Assembly (NCBI GenBank): GCA_002269645.1
Contig: NIVC01000048.1
Coordinates: 275,427-339,426, forward strand
Direction of reading: 5' to 3'
Source: Macrostomum lignano
Lineage: Eukaryota
Length of the DNA: 64,000 bases
The position numbers were made by a program, and so were the translations under genes. Shown here piece by piece: positions 25,759 through 38,626 of this stretch. Below the pieces are notes generated by a model, which saw only the letters and a list, made by a program, of their open reading frames with translations, searched no databases and was not told the DNA's origin. The stretch's first letter is position 1. Every line of letters begins with the position of its first letter.

Positions 25759-26384
25759 GGAATCACCGGAATCTGCCTCTACTCCATCAGTTCCTGATTA
25801 AGCAATTTTATAAAAAACAGTAAAAGTATCAAAGAATTGGAATTTTAAATTTTCTTATGAAAATTTAGCAAGACACAACAGAAGCCGTAGTAAGTAATGC
25901 TGTTATCGCAATTTTATATTGAGTAAACTTTTGTTATTAAAATAGTTTTAAAAAGTTAGAAAAATAGTACACGTGGGTTTTCTGACATGAAATGTTTTTT
26001 TATGAAAACAGACTATAAAAATATTGAACAAACCAACTAAAAATGTCGCGTCTCGATCTTATTGCAAACAAGACGGCTATTGCAATGAAATGCTGCAAGT
26101 TTAAAAATAATTTCATCAGAACAAAAAACAAAAAATGCACAGCTAAACTTCAAGGATTATTGCGGTTTTGCGGAAGAGTTCAAATTCGTTAGGTATGCAC
26201 AGGTGTGTTATAGTGTTAGAGAAGCTATTAGTGTCTAGAGAAAAATGACAAAAGACAAAATGTGAGTGAAAATTATAGTTAAAGTTATAATAATTATAAT
26301 TAATTATTTATGACTACCGGGCATTTCCACTCCGGCGTTTATCTTGGAAAGCGGAACCAACTTTTCTATGCAAGTTGTTTGATT

Positions 26385-26695
26385 ATGCTCCCGGGAACGC
26401 CGGAGGGGAAATGCCGAAGGGGAAATGCCGGAGGGGTAACGCCGGGGGGTAACGCCAGAGGGGAATGCCAGAGGGGAAATGCCGGAGGGGAATTGCCGAA
26501 GGGGGAACACCGGAGGGGGAACATCGGAGGGGAAATGCAGGAGGGTAAATGCCAGAGGGGGAACACCGGAGGGGAAATTCCGGAGGGGAACACCGGAAGG
26601 AGAAAATCGGAGGGGAAATGCCGGAGGGGAAACACCGGAGGGGAAATGCCGGAGGGGGAACACCAGAGGGGAAATGTCGGAGGGGGAATAACCGT
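26385..26695. repeat. Degenerate ~18-19-bp G-rich repeat (ggggaaatgccggag), probably a non-autonomous transposon interior
   Basis: Direct reading, AT-rich flanks. Confidence 0.75.
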
Positions 26696-26959
26696 AAGCC
26701 ATTATTTAGTTATAATTACTTTAATTAACCTACTAAATATTAATGAAAACATTTTCAATTGAACTTTTAAACAATCATTTAGTAACGCTTATATACTACT
26801 TGAAAAGGTAAATAAAACGGTAATTATAATGCGTCAAGACTAATTAATTGATACTTGATAATACAATAACCGGGTATAAAAAAGCGAGTTAACGAAAAAG
26901 TCGTGAGTCAGTCAGTCAGAGCTGATGAGAAAATCACAGCTCCCCCCCCCCACCGTGAA

Positions 26960-27462
26960 TCACACGGCCATCTGCATAGCAATTTTACCGTGAGGCTCGT
27001 AGCCAACCAGCTTGAAATGCTCGGTCTTGAAATCCTCCAATCTGGTGGGCCCATCGGCAATCTCCAGTTTAGGAAACGGGCGCGGCTGCCGGCTGAGCTG
27101 CTCGCGCAGCGCGGCATCGTGGTTGGTGTACACGTGAGCATCGCCAAGGGTGTGCACAAACTCCCAAGCAGTCAGGCCTGTCACCTTAGCAATCATATGG
27201 GTGAGCAGAGCGTAGCTGGCGATATTAAAGGGCACACCCAGACCCATGTCGGCAGAGCGCTGGTACAGCTGGCATGACAGCCTGCCATCTGCTGTGCAGT
27301 ACAGCTGGAACAGGCAGTGACAGGGCGGCAGGGCCATCTGGTGCAGCTGGGCGGGGTTCCATGCTGAGATCACTATGCGACGATCGCTAGGATTTGTGCG
27401 CAGAGTTTCCACAGCTTTGGCCAATTGGTCAACGCCCTGGCCGGTGTAATCTGCGTGCATGT
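26960..27462 (-). CDS. TYMS: Thymidylate synthase, exon 2
   Basis: Acceptor ctccgcag| at 27464-27463. Contains [17 protein letters not shown] (catalytic Cys), [29 protein letters not shown] and C-terminal MQMAV. Confidence 0.97.
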
Positions 27463-27509
27463 CTGCGGAGTGGGGGCGGGGGGGGCTCAGGCAGTTGTTG
27501 GATTGGGAA

Positions 27510-29327
27510 CATACATGCGCAACAGCCAACCGATCCGGCCGACCGATTTGGCGGCCAACCAAGTAAGTTGCAAAATTGATTAACCGCCAACCAAGTAAGT
27601 CGCAAAATTGATTAACCGCCAACCAAGTAAGTCGCAAAATTGATTAACCGCCAACCAAGTAAGTCGCAAAATTGATTAACCGCCAACCAAGTAAGTCGCA
27701 AAATTGATTAACCGCCAACCAAGTAAGTCGCAAAATTGATTAACCGCCAACCAAGTAAGTCGCAAAATTGATTAACCGCCAACCAAGTAAGTCGCAAAAT
27801 TGATTAACCGCCAACCAAGTAAGTCGCAAAATTGATTAACCGCCAACCAAGTAAGTCGCAAAATTGATTAACCGCCAACCAAGTAAGTCGCAAAATTGAT
27901 TAACCGCCAACCAAGTAAGTCGCAAAATTGATTAACCGCCAACCAAGTAAGTCGCAAAATTGATTAACCGCCAAAAAAACGAAAAAACAAAAGACGAAAA
28001 AGGGGAAAGGAAAAGGAAAAAACGAGAAAAAGGGAGCAAAGAGAAAGAGAAAAACACAAAAAGAGTTGTAAGTGCTGTAAGTTGCAGCACTGAAGACAAG
28101 GTAAGTCGCACCGAGGGAGAGCTAAGTCGCAGCAGGACTGAGTTAAGTCGCAGAGCATCTTTAGGATTATTAGGAAAGGATTAGTTTAGGATGAATTTAA
28201 TGTATCACTTACTAGGGTGTAGGCTACGTGTGCATTAACGCATCAATTTGAAAAAATTAAGAATTACGAAGGCAGAAATGGCTAAGGAATAGAAATAGGG
28301 ATAGAATAACTTATAAGAAGTAATTTTTCAGTCCTATTACAATTGCAAATCATACTTTTAATAATATTTAATTAGCAAATTAAAACTGCAAGATTCTAAC
28401 GGTCTTATATATGAACTTAGAAGAACTGTAGTCTTAATGATTACACATGTACCATTGTAGTAATTGATTAAAATTGTAGCAGATTAAAACTGATAAAAAA
28501 AACTTTCAAAATAGTCCACTTAGCAAATCAGAATTTCATCAGCGGAGGCCCATTTATTCGAAACCGTAGTAGATGCTCCAATGTTTTTGGTGCCAAGCGT
28601 GTTCTCCTGTCATAGGCACTGTGCTTATAGATAGAAAACCCTCTTTCAGCCTCAGCTGATGACATTGGCAAAGTTAACACAACCATAATTAGATTCTTTA
28701 TTCTGGGCAGCCATTCAACAGTTCTTGTCTTTAGAAAGTGACTCCAAAATTTCACCGGACCTTTGCCTTTGTAGGCACAGAAGTCAACACTATGCGAAGT
28801 GATCAAACTTTTAGGAGTAGACCGAACTGACCAGAGATTGTCCTTTCTGTAGCGCGTTCTGAAGCATCTGCATCTCTAGAGTCTGAATCAGAAAGAGGGT
28901 CCTCTGTTTCAGAGGCAGAGCTGTCATCTTCCATTCCAAACCGTCTAGCAAGAGGTATGATTCTCGAACTGTATGTAAAGATAGTATGTAATGTTTCAGC
29001 ATTAGGCAATAACACTGGGTTGAGCACATTCATACATACGCAACAGTCGGCCGAGTCGGCCAATCTGGCCGACTGATTTGGTGGCCAACCAAGGAAATCG
29101 CGAAAATGCCCACCCAAAAAAATACCCAAGTAGTAGTACTAAGTAGCTGACGAGGCATTTTGCCTTAATAGGACAGTCATAGTTACTCCTGCCGTTTACC
29201 CAAAGTTGCGTTAATTTTGCTCTAGGGTTTTTTACATGTAAGTCGCATTTTTGGCCAAAAACTACGTCGCATTTTTGTTAAAACTAAGTCGCACGGCCGA
29301 CCGAATTTTGGAGGTTGCGCATGTATG
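27510..29327 (-). mobile_element. Internally deleted hAT transposon in the TYMS intron
   Basis: 14-bp TIR catacatgcgcaac / gttgcgcatgtatg. Perfect 8-bp TSD attgggaa (27502-27509, 29328-29335). hAT dimerisation-domain remnant LTLPMSSAEAERGFS at 28528-28806. Confidence 0.92.
27556..27972. repeat. 32-bp minisatellite (aaccaagtaagtcgcaaaattgattaaccgcc), ~13 units, in the hAT subterminal region
   Basis: Direct reading. Confidence 0.95.
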
Positions 29328-29339
29328 ATTGGGAATAGG

Positions 29340-30194
<855 letters not shown>

Positions 30195-32508
30195 TTAAGT
30201 GGACATTCTGTTAATTCTGTTCTGTTCTGTTTTTCTAATAAAGTCTACTGTCTGTTAACTTCTATCAAAAAGTTGCTTCGGCTATTAATAGATCAACGCC
30301 ATATAATCCTATCAATTATTAACAATATTTTTGATGTACTCTTAACCAACTTGGAACAATTTTTGTCCTTAAGCAAGACATTAAACTCTTGCATTGCTTC
30401 AGTTCACACAGCTGTAAAATGGGGAAAATGGGGTTATAGCAGCAGCTGTAGTAATTGACGGTGTGTATAGTGACCCCCTAATATTTGGACTAAATAGCCA
30501 TTAGATAAATACCATAGTCAGGAAGAAGGATGTACACCAGAAATTTCTGAGGTATAGTCAAGAAATTTGGCATAAATGTTGGATCATTTTGCCTGGCAAA
30601 CAAAATGATCCGAGACCAGCTAGCCCAGAAGACCAACAGCACCCGAATTTGCGAGCGTCTTCTGATGGAGGACGCCGCCAGGCTGACGCTAGAGCAAGCA
30701 GTTGTCATCGCGACTACAATTGAGGATGCAGTGGAGGCTAAAAGCTCCTGCACCCGATGCAGTCGGAGCCACGAGGCTAAGGCAAAGTGTCCCCCGCACG
30801 GCAGGAAATGCAACAGTTGCAGGAAATTGAACCACTTCAGTCGATGCTGCCGCAGCAAAGCACTCCAAGTCAGCGCAGACGAGACGGTCATGATCTCTGC
30901 CGTGCATGGCAGCGACGAGATCCGAGTCGAGCTTCAGCTGGGCAACTGCTCGAAGACTGTCAGCCTGATGGTCGACTGCGGCGCCAAAGTTTCTCTGCTC
31001 AACGAGGCTACGGCAGACATCGATCATCGATCTGAAGCCATCGGCAGTGCAGCTATGAGCTTATGGCGGGAAGAAGATCGCCGTCGCGGGGCTTTCAACA
31101 GTCGGCGTCAAGTACCACGGCCAAGTGCAACACGACTTTCACGTCACTAGGTCGGGCGAAAATATTGTCGGCCGCGATCTGATGCAGAAGCTGGGTATCC
31201 AAGTGCGACTCCAGCCTCACGATGCTAACATCGGAATTGCCAACGTGGACATCGCCCAGCGGTCTTCGACGGATCAATCGGTCTCTGCAGAGGTGCACCA
31301 ACCGAGGATCAACACGGTCGTGCCACCAGTGCAGCAGCCGCTGCGCCGCCTGCCACTCGCCAATCAGCAATAGGTCGGCGAGGAGCTCGACCGTCTGGAG
31401 GCAGCAGGCATCATCCAGCGGGTCAACTCAAGCCCATGGATTTCTAATCTGGTCGTGGCGAACAAGAAGAATGGCAGCATTCGAGTGTGCATCGACGTGC
31501 GCAAACTAAATAAGTCGCTGATCATCGACCGACACCCAATGCCGCAGTTGGACGAGATCTCTGCAAAGATCAAGGCGGCCAGCAGCCACATGTTCTCCAA
31601 GATCGACCTCAAGGTGGGCTACATTCAGATGCAGCTACACGAGTCATCACGTGACCTGACGACCTTCATTACGCACCAGGGCTTGTACCGTTACTGCCGG
31701 GTGCCGTTTGACCTAGCGTCTGCTCCGGCGGCCTTCCAGAGGATGCTGGACAACCTGGTGGCTCATCTGCCAGGAGTGGAGCACATCTTGGATGACTTCA
31801 TCGTCTTCGGAGCAACTGAGGACGAACATGACTCGAGGCTGCAAGCTCTGCTGAAGCGACTGGAGGACGCCGGCCTCACCTCCAACAAGGACAAGTGCGA
31901 GCTACGGAAGACCGAGATAGTTTTTCGGCTTCGTCTTCTTGGCGGAGGGCATCCGGTCGTCCAAGTCTCAGACCAAGGCTTTCAACGAGCTGCGCGCGCC
32001 GACGAGCAAAGAGCTGCAGGTGTTCCTTGGATCGGCAAACTATCTGATGTGGTTCGTGCCCCACTTTACCGAGGACACGACGCTGCTGAGGTCTCTGCTC
32101 AAGGGCGATGCCGAGTTCAAATGGACAGCTCAATGCGAGCGAGCCTTCCAGGCGCTGAAAACGGCAATCTGCAATCCGCCGGTCCTGACGCACTTCGACC
32201 CCGATGCCGGAACAATCGTCACCAGCGACGCCAGCGCCGAGTCCCTGGGCGCACAGCCGATCGAATTCGCGGCACGCGCGCTGATAGAGATCAAGAAACG
32301 TTACTCTGCGAACGAGCGAGAGGCGCTGGCGAGCCTGTGGGCCATGGAAAAGCGGCACTACTACCTGTTTGGGCGCCATTTCGAGCTGCGAACGGATCAC
32401 CAGGCCCTGCGACAGCTGCTGCTGGGACCCAGCGACACCGGACATCGGCCGCTGCGCATTCACCGGTGGTGTGACCGATTTAAGCAGTACGACTTTTATG
32501 TGCGCTAC

Positions 32509-32780
32509 CATACATGCGCAACTGCTGGCCGACCTGGCCACCGTAAATTGTGGTGGACCAGGGGTAAGTCGCAAAAATGCACACCCCAAAGAATACAGAC
32601 GTAGTACTAATTAGATGACAAGGCATTTAGCCCTTATAAGACAGTCATAGTTACTCTTGCCGTTTACCCAAAATTGCGTTACTGTTGCTCTAGGGTTTCT
32701 TTCACAGGTAAGTCGCATTTTTGGTCAAAAAGTAAGTCGCATGGCCAGTGTAAATTAGGGGGGGGGGTTGCGCATGTATG
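32509..32780. mobile_element. 272-bp hAT MITE nested in the gypsy RNase H region
   Basis: Same TIR as 27510-29327. Perfect TSD tgcgctac (32501-32508, 32781-32788). Removal restores FYVRY|LPGSRNLLADMLSR. Confidence 0.93.
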
Positions 32781-34199
32781 TGCGCTACCTCCCGGGAGTC
32801 GCAACTTGTTGGCCGACATGCTGTCCAGGTGGAGCTGCAGGTCGGACATGAACGTCGTCCAATAGCCGGACACCGCGATGCCTCGACTCCGAATCATCAC
32901 GCCACAGCGGCTAGCGACGGGCACAGCAGAGGACACGATACTGCGCGAAGTCATTCAGCGAGTTACCACCGGCAACTGGAGTTCGGCCAAGGACACCAAG
33001 TTGCAGCCGTACGTAAAAGTCCGAGAGCATCTCAGAATCTGGCAAGACGGCCCCTGCCTGGCCTTCCAAGACCGCGCCATCATCCCACAGGACCTGCGCG
33101 GTGAGCTTTTGGAGTTCGCGTATGCGGGACACCCGGGGGTGGTGCGTACCAAGCAGCAGCTTCGTGAGTTTGCCTGGTGGCCGAGGATGGAAGCCGACGT
33201 CGAGACGTTTGTCAGAGACTGCGAGACTGCGGAGAAGCTTTCAAGCTGCGACCGGCTCTGCTGCAGCCCCTGCCATGGCCAGACTCGCCGTGGACAGAGA
33301 TCGCCATCGACATCGTGGGTGAACTGCAGGCAGCGCCAGCATCGTTATAATTCCTACTGGTCATCACGGATTTGCACAGTAAGTGGCCGGAGGTCTTCGC
33401 GACTTCAAGCATTACCACCGACACTGTCTGTAAGGTGCTACGCAGGCTGTCTGCGAGAAGGTCCTCACTGACAATGGACCCCAGTTCGGTGACGCCTTCA
33501 CCGGTTTCCTGCGAGAGCATCCAACACCTGAAGACTTGTCCATATCGTCCAGTACAGAGCACCAATGGCCAAACCAAGCGGCTCAACCGGTTCCTGATGG
33601 ACAGCATTTGAGCGTCTAGAGACGACAATGTGCCGATGCAGAATGCGCTGCTGCAATTTCTCGAGAGCTACCGCAGCACGCTGCACGCCCTGACTGGCAA
33701 GAGCCCGGACGAACTGATGTTGGGTCGCCACTGGTGCACGTCCATGTTGCTACTTGCTCCAGTCAAGAACGGCACTGCTGCGAAATCTAATATCGCAAAA
33801 CGCATTCAGCAGCGTCAACAGGAGACGGCAGAGTACACCAACCAACGGCGTGGAGCCCAGAAGCCAACACGACCTGGCAAGCTCGGCAGCTGGCACTCTG
33901 CGGTGCTGCAGATCGTCAAGGCAATAGGAGCAGCCTGTTGACTGGCGGACGGCAGCACCTGGAACCAGCAACCGCTAGTGCCGACATCTCTGTGATAAAA
34001 CTATGAGGCATCTGCGGCTGGCGAGTTTGATCCCCAAGAGTCCAAGAGCATGCAATACAAGATGGAGGAGGAGAGGTTCGACCATTGACTCCTGGTCCAG
34101 CCAAAGGACCACTGGCTCCGGCTTTGTGACGGTTCACTCGTCTGCGACGTCCTCTGCAGTGCTAAGGCTGGTGATCTCAATTGGAGAGGGGGAAGATAT

Positions 34200-34507
34200 T
34201 GTTGTAACTTGACAGGTCAACTTAATAACAATATTGTTACGCTGGTATTTCTACTATAAGTATGGTATAATGTAAATGCTAACTATATTAATATTATTCT
34301 TGTCTTGTACTTATATTGCCACTTTCAGTAGAGTAGTTGATAAATTATCTGTATAACATATTATTGATCATGTGACATATCTAGCTCTTTAATTTATCGA
34401 TCATGCATTTTTTCTAGTGTGACTAAAATATAAATAAAGCAACTGTGTGCACCTGGCACTTTAACTTTCAACTACAACTGGAAACCTCAAGTCTTGGCTA
34501 CACAACA
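34200..34507 (+). repeat. 3' LTR of the decayed gypsy element
   Basis: Termini tgttgt...acaaca, follows the PPT, contains aataaa. Confidence 0.7.
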
Positions 34508-35336
34508 GAAATAAATGAATGTTGCCATTTTTTAAGTGAGGGGAACTCTTTAAGTCACTGGAACTTAGGACTCAAGCATCAACATAAATTGTCAATGCCA
34601 TCTCCATGGTTGGATGATAGGGACTAAGTGAGGATGAATATTTTTACATTCCAAGGGGAGCTCTTCAACAACACATTTTTACACCAAATACACATTGAGG
34701 TTAGGATAGTGGGGGCTTAAGTTAAGAAGGCTTATTGGAAAGAAATGATAAGTAGGCCATTGCCTTTGCAGAAGATCTTGGCAAGAATTGGAGATTTTGT
34801 TACTTTAGTTACTTAAACAATATAAGAAAAAGAGAAGGGAAATAAAAGAGAGAAGGAGAAATAGAGAATGGGAAAAAAGAGAAAGGGGAGGTGGGAGGAA
34901 AGAAAAGGGCAGAAAAAAAGAATGGAAAGAAGAGAGGAAAAGGAAGAGGCTTGTCAGGAAGGTGTTTATGTGTCCAGTGTAAACCACGGGTTTTTTGCAA
35001 AATTTTAGGTATATCTTAAATATGCCAAAAATTGGAAACATAAATTACGAGAGTAATGTACACTAAAATCTCAAAATGATACAATTTTACTTTTTGAGCT
35101 GCAATAAAATTAAAGACATTTTTACATTGCAACAATCAATGACCTTTTTTTCTATTGTTATGTTTGATATTATTGTCATATACATTATAACAAAAAAAGT
35201 ATTGTCTATTACACTTTTATAACAACTTGCAATTATATTACACAAAGCTTTTAGTACTTAAATTCTTTAAAATAGCACTATCACATTCAAATACTACTTT
35301 TATTTTTTTCATTTGCACTCTTATTACCTCTTAACT

Positions 35337-35643
35337 AGGGGCATAGCCAGAGGGGGGCAAGGGAGGCCGTGGCCCCCCCTCCCCAATCACCAACTCTGGC
35401 CTTGGCACCCCCCCCCCTAAAAGAAACTGGCGCCTCCCCCCCTAAAAGAAACTGGCGCACCCCCCCCCCCCCCCTATAAGAAACTGGTGCCCCCCCCCCC
35501 CCCTAAAAGAACTGGTGCCCTCTCCCCCTTTTAAGAAACTGGCACCCCCCCCCCCTAAAAGAAACTGGCACCCCTTCCCCTATAAGAAGCTGGCACCCCC
35601 TAACTCACGCCCCCCCCCAATCAAAATTCCTGGCTACGCCCCC
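35337..35643. mobile_element. MITE (PIF/Harbinger-like) with internal C-rich tandem units
   Basis: TIR ggggcatagccag / ctggctacgcccc. Confidence 0.7.
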
Positions 35644-36779
35644 ACTATCTTTTTCTTTGAAATGTTTTACCTTTTGTTATAGAAATTAGAAGATACTTGC
35701 ATTTATTTTTAAATAGCTTTATATACTCTTTTTTGTATACTAAATAAAACTTTTTAGATTCAAACATGCTAATGAACTTTAAAAGGCTAATGCATTCCAG
35801 AAAATTCTGGCATATAGGAAACTTTACTGACAATGGGCCATATATGCAATGTTTAACTATCTCTTTAAAGTGTCCACTAGGGTCAATATCTTGGCATTTT
35901 ATAACACTAACAGTTATAAAAGTTTTTTTAGCTATGGATATGGATATAAATACAAATAAGCTACAAGAAAAATTTTTGAGATATGGCTTTAGGAAAAATT
36001 CAGTTATGGCTCAACTCCATTAAAGATACTCATGATATCATAATATTAATGTTTTACTTTTGATACAATTTTTAAAATATAAAGCCTATGAAACATAAAT
36101 CTTAACAAAAAAACTACAAACTGATATTATGAAGTGCCTCCTGTCACTAAAATGACCAACTTACTAAATCTTTTATTTCCACCAAAGGTGAAACATGTCT
36201 GTCACAGAAGCAACATGTAGTCTAACCAAAATGATTAGGCCTAGTACTATTTGTACAATTGTACCCAAGGCATGTATACAGTGTAGGGCCGGCCTAGCTA
36301 TGCCTATATTGGCATAAACAAAAAATGTAGCTCATTTTTCCAGGTTACATACAGACTAGCTACATTGTTCCAGACTATGGTCCATGGATTAGATATGCTA
36401 TGCCTATGGCTGAGTAGTTTATGCTTGCAAATCTGCAATAAGGGCAGGTATAATAAATGAGTATTAATATATCATTATATCTTATATTATACTATTACAT
36501 GTTATTAATATATATTTATGTTTATACTCATTAAAACTAAAAAAGCTATTTTCTAAGGTCTTACACTAGTCAGGCTATAGTAGGCCTAGTCGTCTGTAGG
36601 TTGATCCCAGTTTTTCTTTTTGAGCTAGTAAGACATTGAGATCAGGCTTAATTGCTTGGCAAAGCAGACGAAATTTTCGAGGACAAAAAACAAAAATAAC
36701 TACATTATGGGCTGTTAATCGGCGCTGTATAGGCCTAGGAATATTGCCAGGATTTATTAAATCATGAGAAATAATTGAT

Positions 36780-37383
36780 GGATGCCCGTCAAAACGGCCA
36801 CACGCGGAACGGCCACACGACAAAACGGCCACACCGTCAAAACAGCCACACGACAAAACGGCCACATAAAACAAAAAGGGTTGCAGATCGACTATTTGTT
36901 ATGTTAATGAAGCTTCGTTATGTTAATTATTTTTATCAAATCAATTTATCAAAATGCAAAAGAAGTGAATGCATTGAGATATTGTGAAATTTATGTAGGC
37001 CGAAAAGGATCCGAAAAGGAAGCACCACTGTCGTCCATTGTTAAAAATGAAAAATGAAATGAAAAATTTCGCATCAGAGATAACTACTAACTGCCATAAG
37101 ATATTTTGCGCTGTTGTTAAATTGTTATTTGAGTATGAGTGCGCCTGCACTTGCTCCTCTCTCTGCAACCATCCACCTTTATTCTTAATTGACCAGTGCC
37201 TCGGCCCCCATGTACGCCACCCCCCCGATCGTTCATCATTTATCTTTCTACTTAAATGTACAATCAACCCTCCACTTCTCTTATCTCTTATTATTACAAA
37301 TTATTACATCGTGTGGCCGTTTTGACGGTGTGGCCGCGTTTTGTCGTGTGGCCGTTCCGCATGTGGCCGTTTTGACGGCACCC
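36780..37383. mobile_element. ~600-bp MITE with repeat-containing TIRs
   Basis: tgcccgtcaaaacggccacac... versus ...gtggccgttttgacggcacc, with reiterated acggccacac subterminal units. Confidence 0.7.
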
Positions 37384-38626
37384 CAAAATTATTTGATTAA
37401 CTTTGTAAAATTTAAACCGCCGCTAAATTTGGGTGCAGAAAGAAGTTAATTTAAACAAACCTTTTATGAATAAGAGTGTAGCACTGGGCGCGCTACTACT
37501 TTTTTGCATAATTTTCTTTAGCACTTTTTCTTCGACTACGTTTTTTCAGCGCCAGTAAGGCGATCAGCGTTGGTGTAGTGTTACGTCCATTAATGCGTCC
37601 AGTGAAACCTATAGACGCGCCCCTTCGAGTCACAGTCCTTTGTACAGTTGCGTTACCCACAACCGTCTAAACTTCACGCAGCTCTGTTGAACACCTGAGG
37701 TCCCCATCTTGATCCTGAAGATTCCACCAATTCCCACCAGCTATAGCCTAATACATAGCGTGTTTCACGCGGTAGTTATTTGTATGCAAGCAAACTCATT
37801 TGAAGTGTTCATTGCGGAAGTTTTTCTTGATAATACCGAAAGAGAAGGTTTCTAAAAAATAAGGCAGCATACAGGTACATGTATTCATTCAAGGACCACA
37901 AAAGATATATACACATACATACATGCAGAATTTTACTTATAATAATTTGTCCATGCACTTTGTATCATTGGCAATTTTCTGAAAATCCATATACTAAAAA
38001 TTAATCTAATTTGTCTAGATCTACATGTGATCTAATTTAGAGGTGCCTGCTACACAGGGGCGTCGCCATGGATTTTACGGTGAGGAGGACAAAGCCAAGA
38101 ATTCTACCGGGTCCATGAAATTGCTCGCGAGAATTGTTTGCTTGCTGCACATAGGCTTGCCGACGTTTGCGTGCAGAAATTTTGCTTGCCGAGATTTGCC
38201 AGCCAAAGTTTTGTTGCGGGACCTTAAATAACCTATTTTTAAGCTCTTGTATTTCTAATTTTCATTTTCTAAATATTAGTGGAAGTGGAAGTCGCCTTAT
38301 AATAGTGTTAAGATTTTGTATAAGGATATGGCGGATTTGTAAAGCCCTAACACAGAAATGGAATAATTTAGTTTTTTTACTGGGAATATATTTTCAACAA
38401 AATTGGACACAATTTCTAACTATAATACACATATCGAATGATTCAGGCAGCGAAATGTACAAAATAGATTTTTTGCAAATGAATGTACCACCGATCTGTG
38501 AATTGCTACATTTCATGACTCGTTAGGATACCCAACGCTCTGCTTTATAATTACAAACTAATAGTGACAGTAACCAAGTAATTAAAAGTGTTAACTTAGT
38601 CCTTGTGTGCCTAAACTTGTGCCATA

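Larger units (their letters stand above)
30600..34507 (+). mobile_element. Decayed, 5'-truncated Ty3/gypsy LTR retrotransposon
   Basis: Gag zinc knuckles, protease MVDCGA, RT (VPFDLASAPAAFQR, ILDDFIV), RNase H (TSDAS, EREALA) and integrase fragments, with many stops and frameshifts. PPT ggagagggggaaga. Only the 3' LTR is present. Confidence 0.9.
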
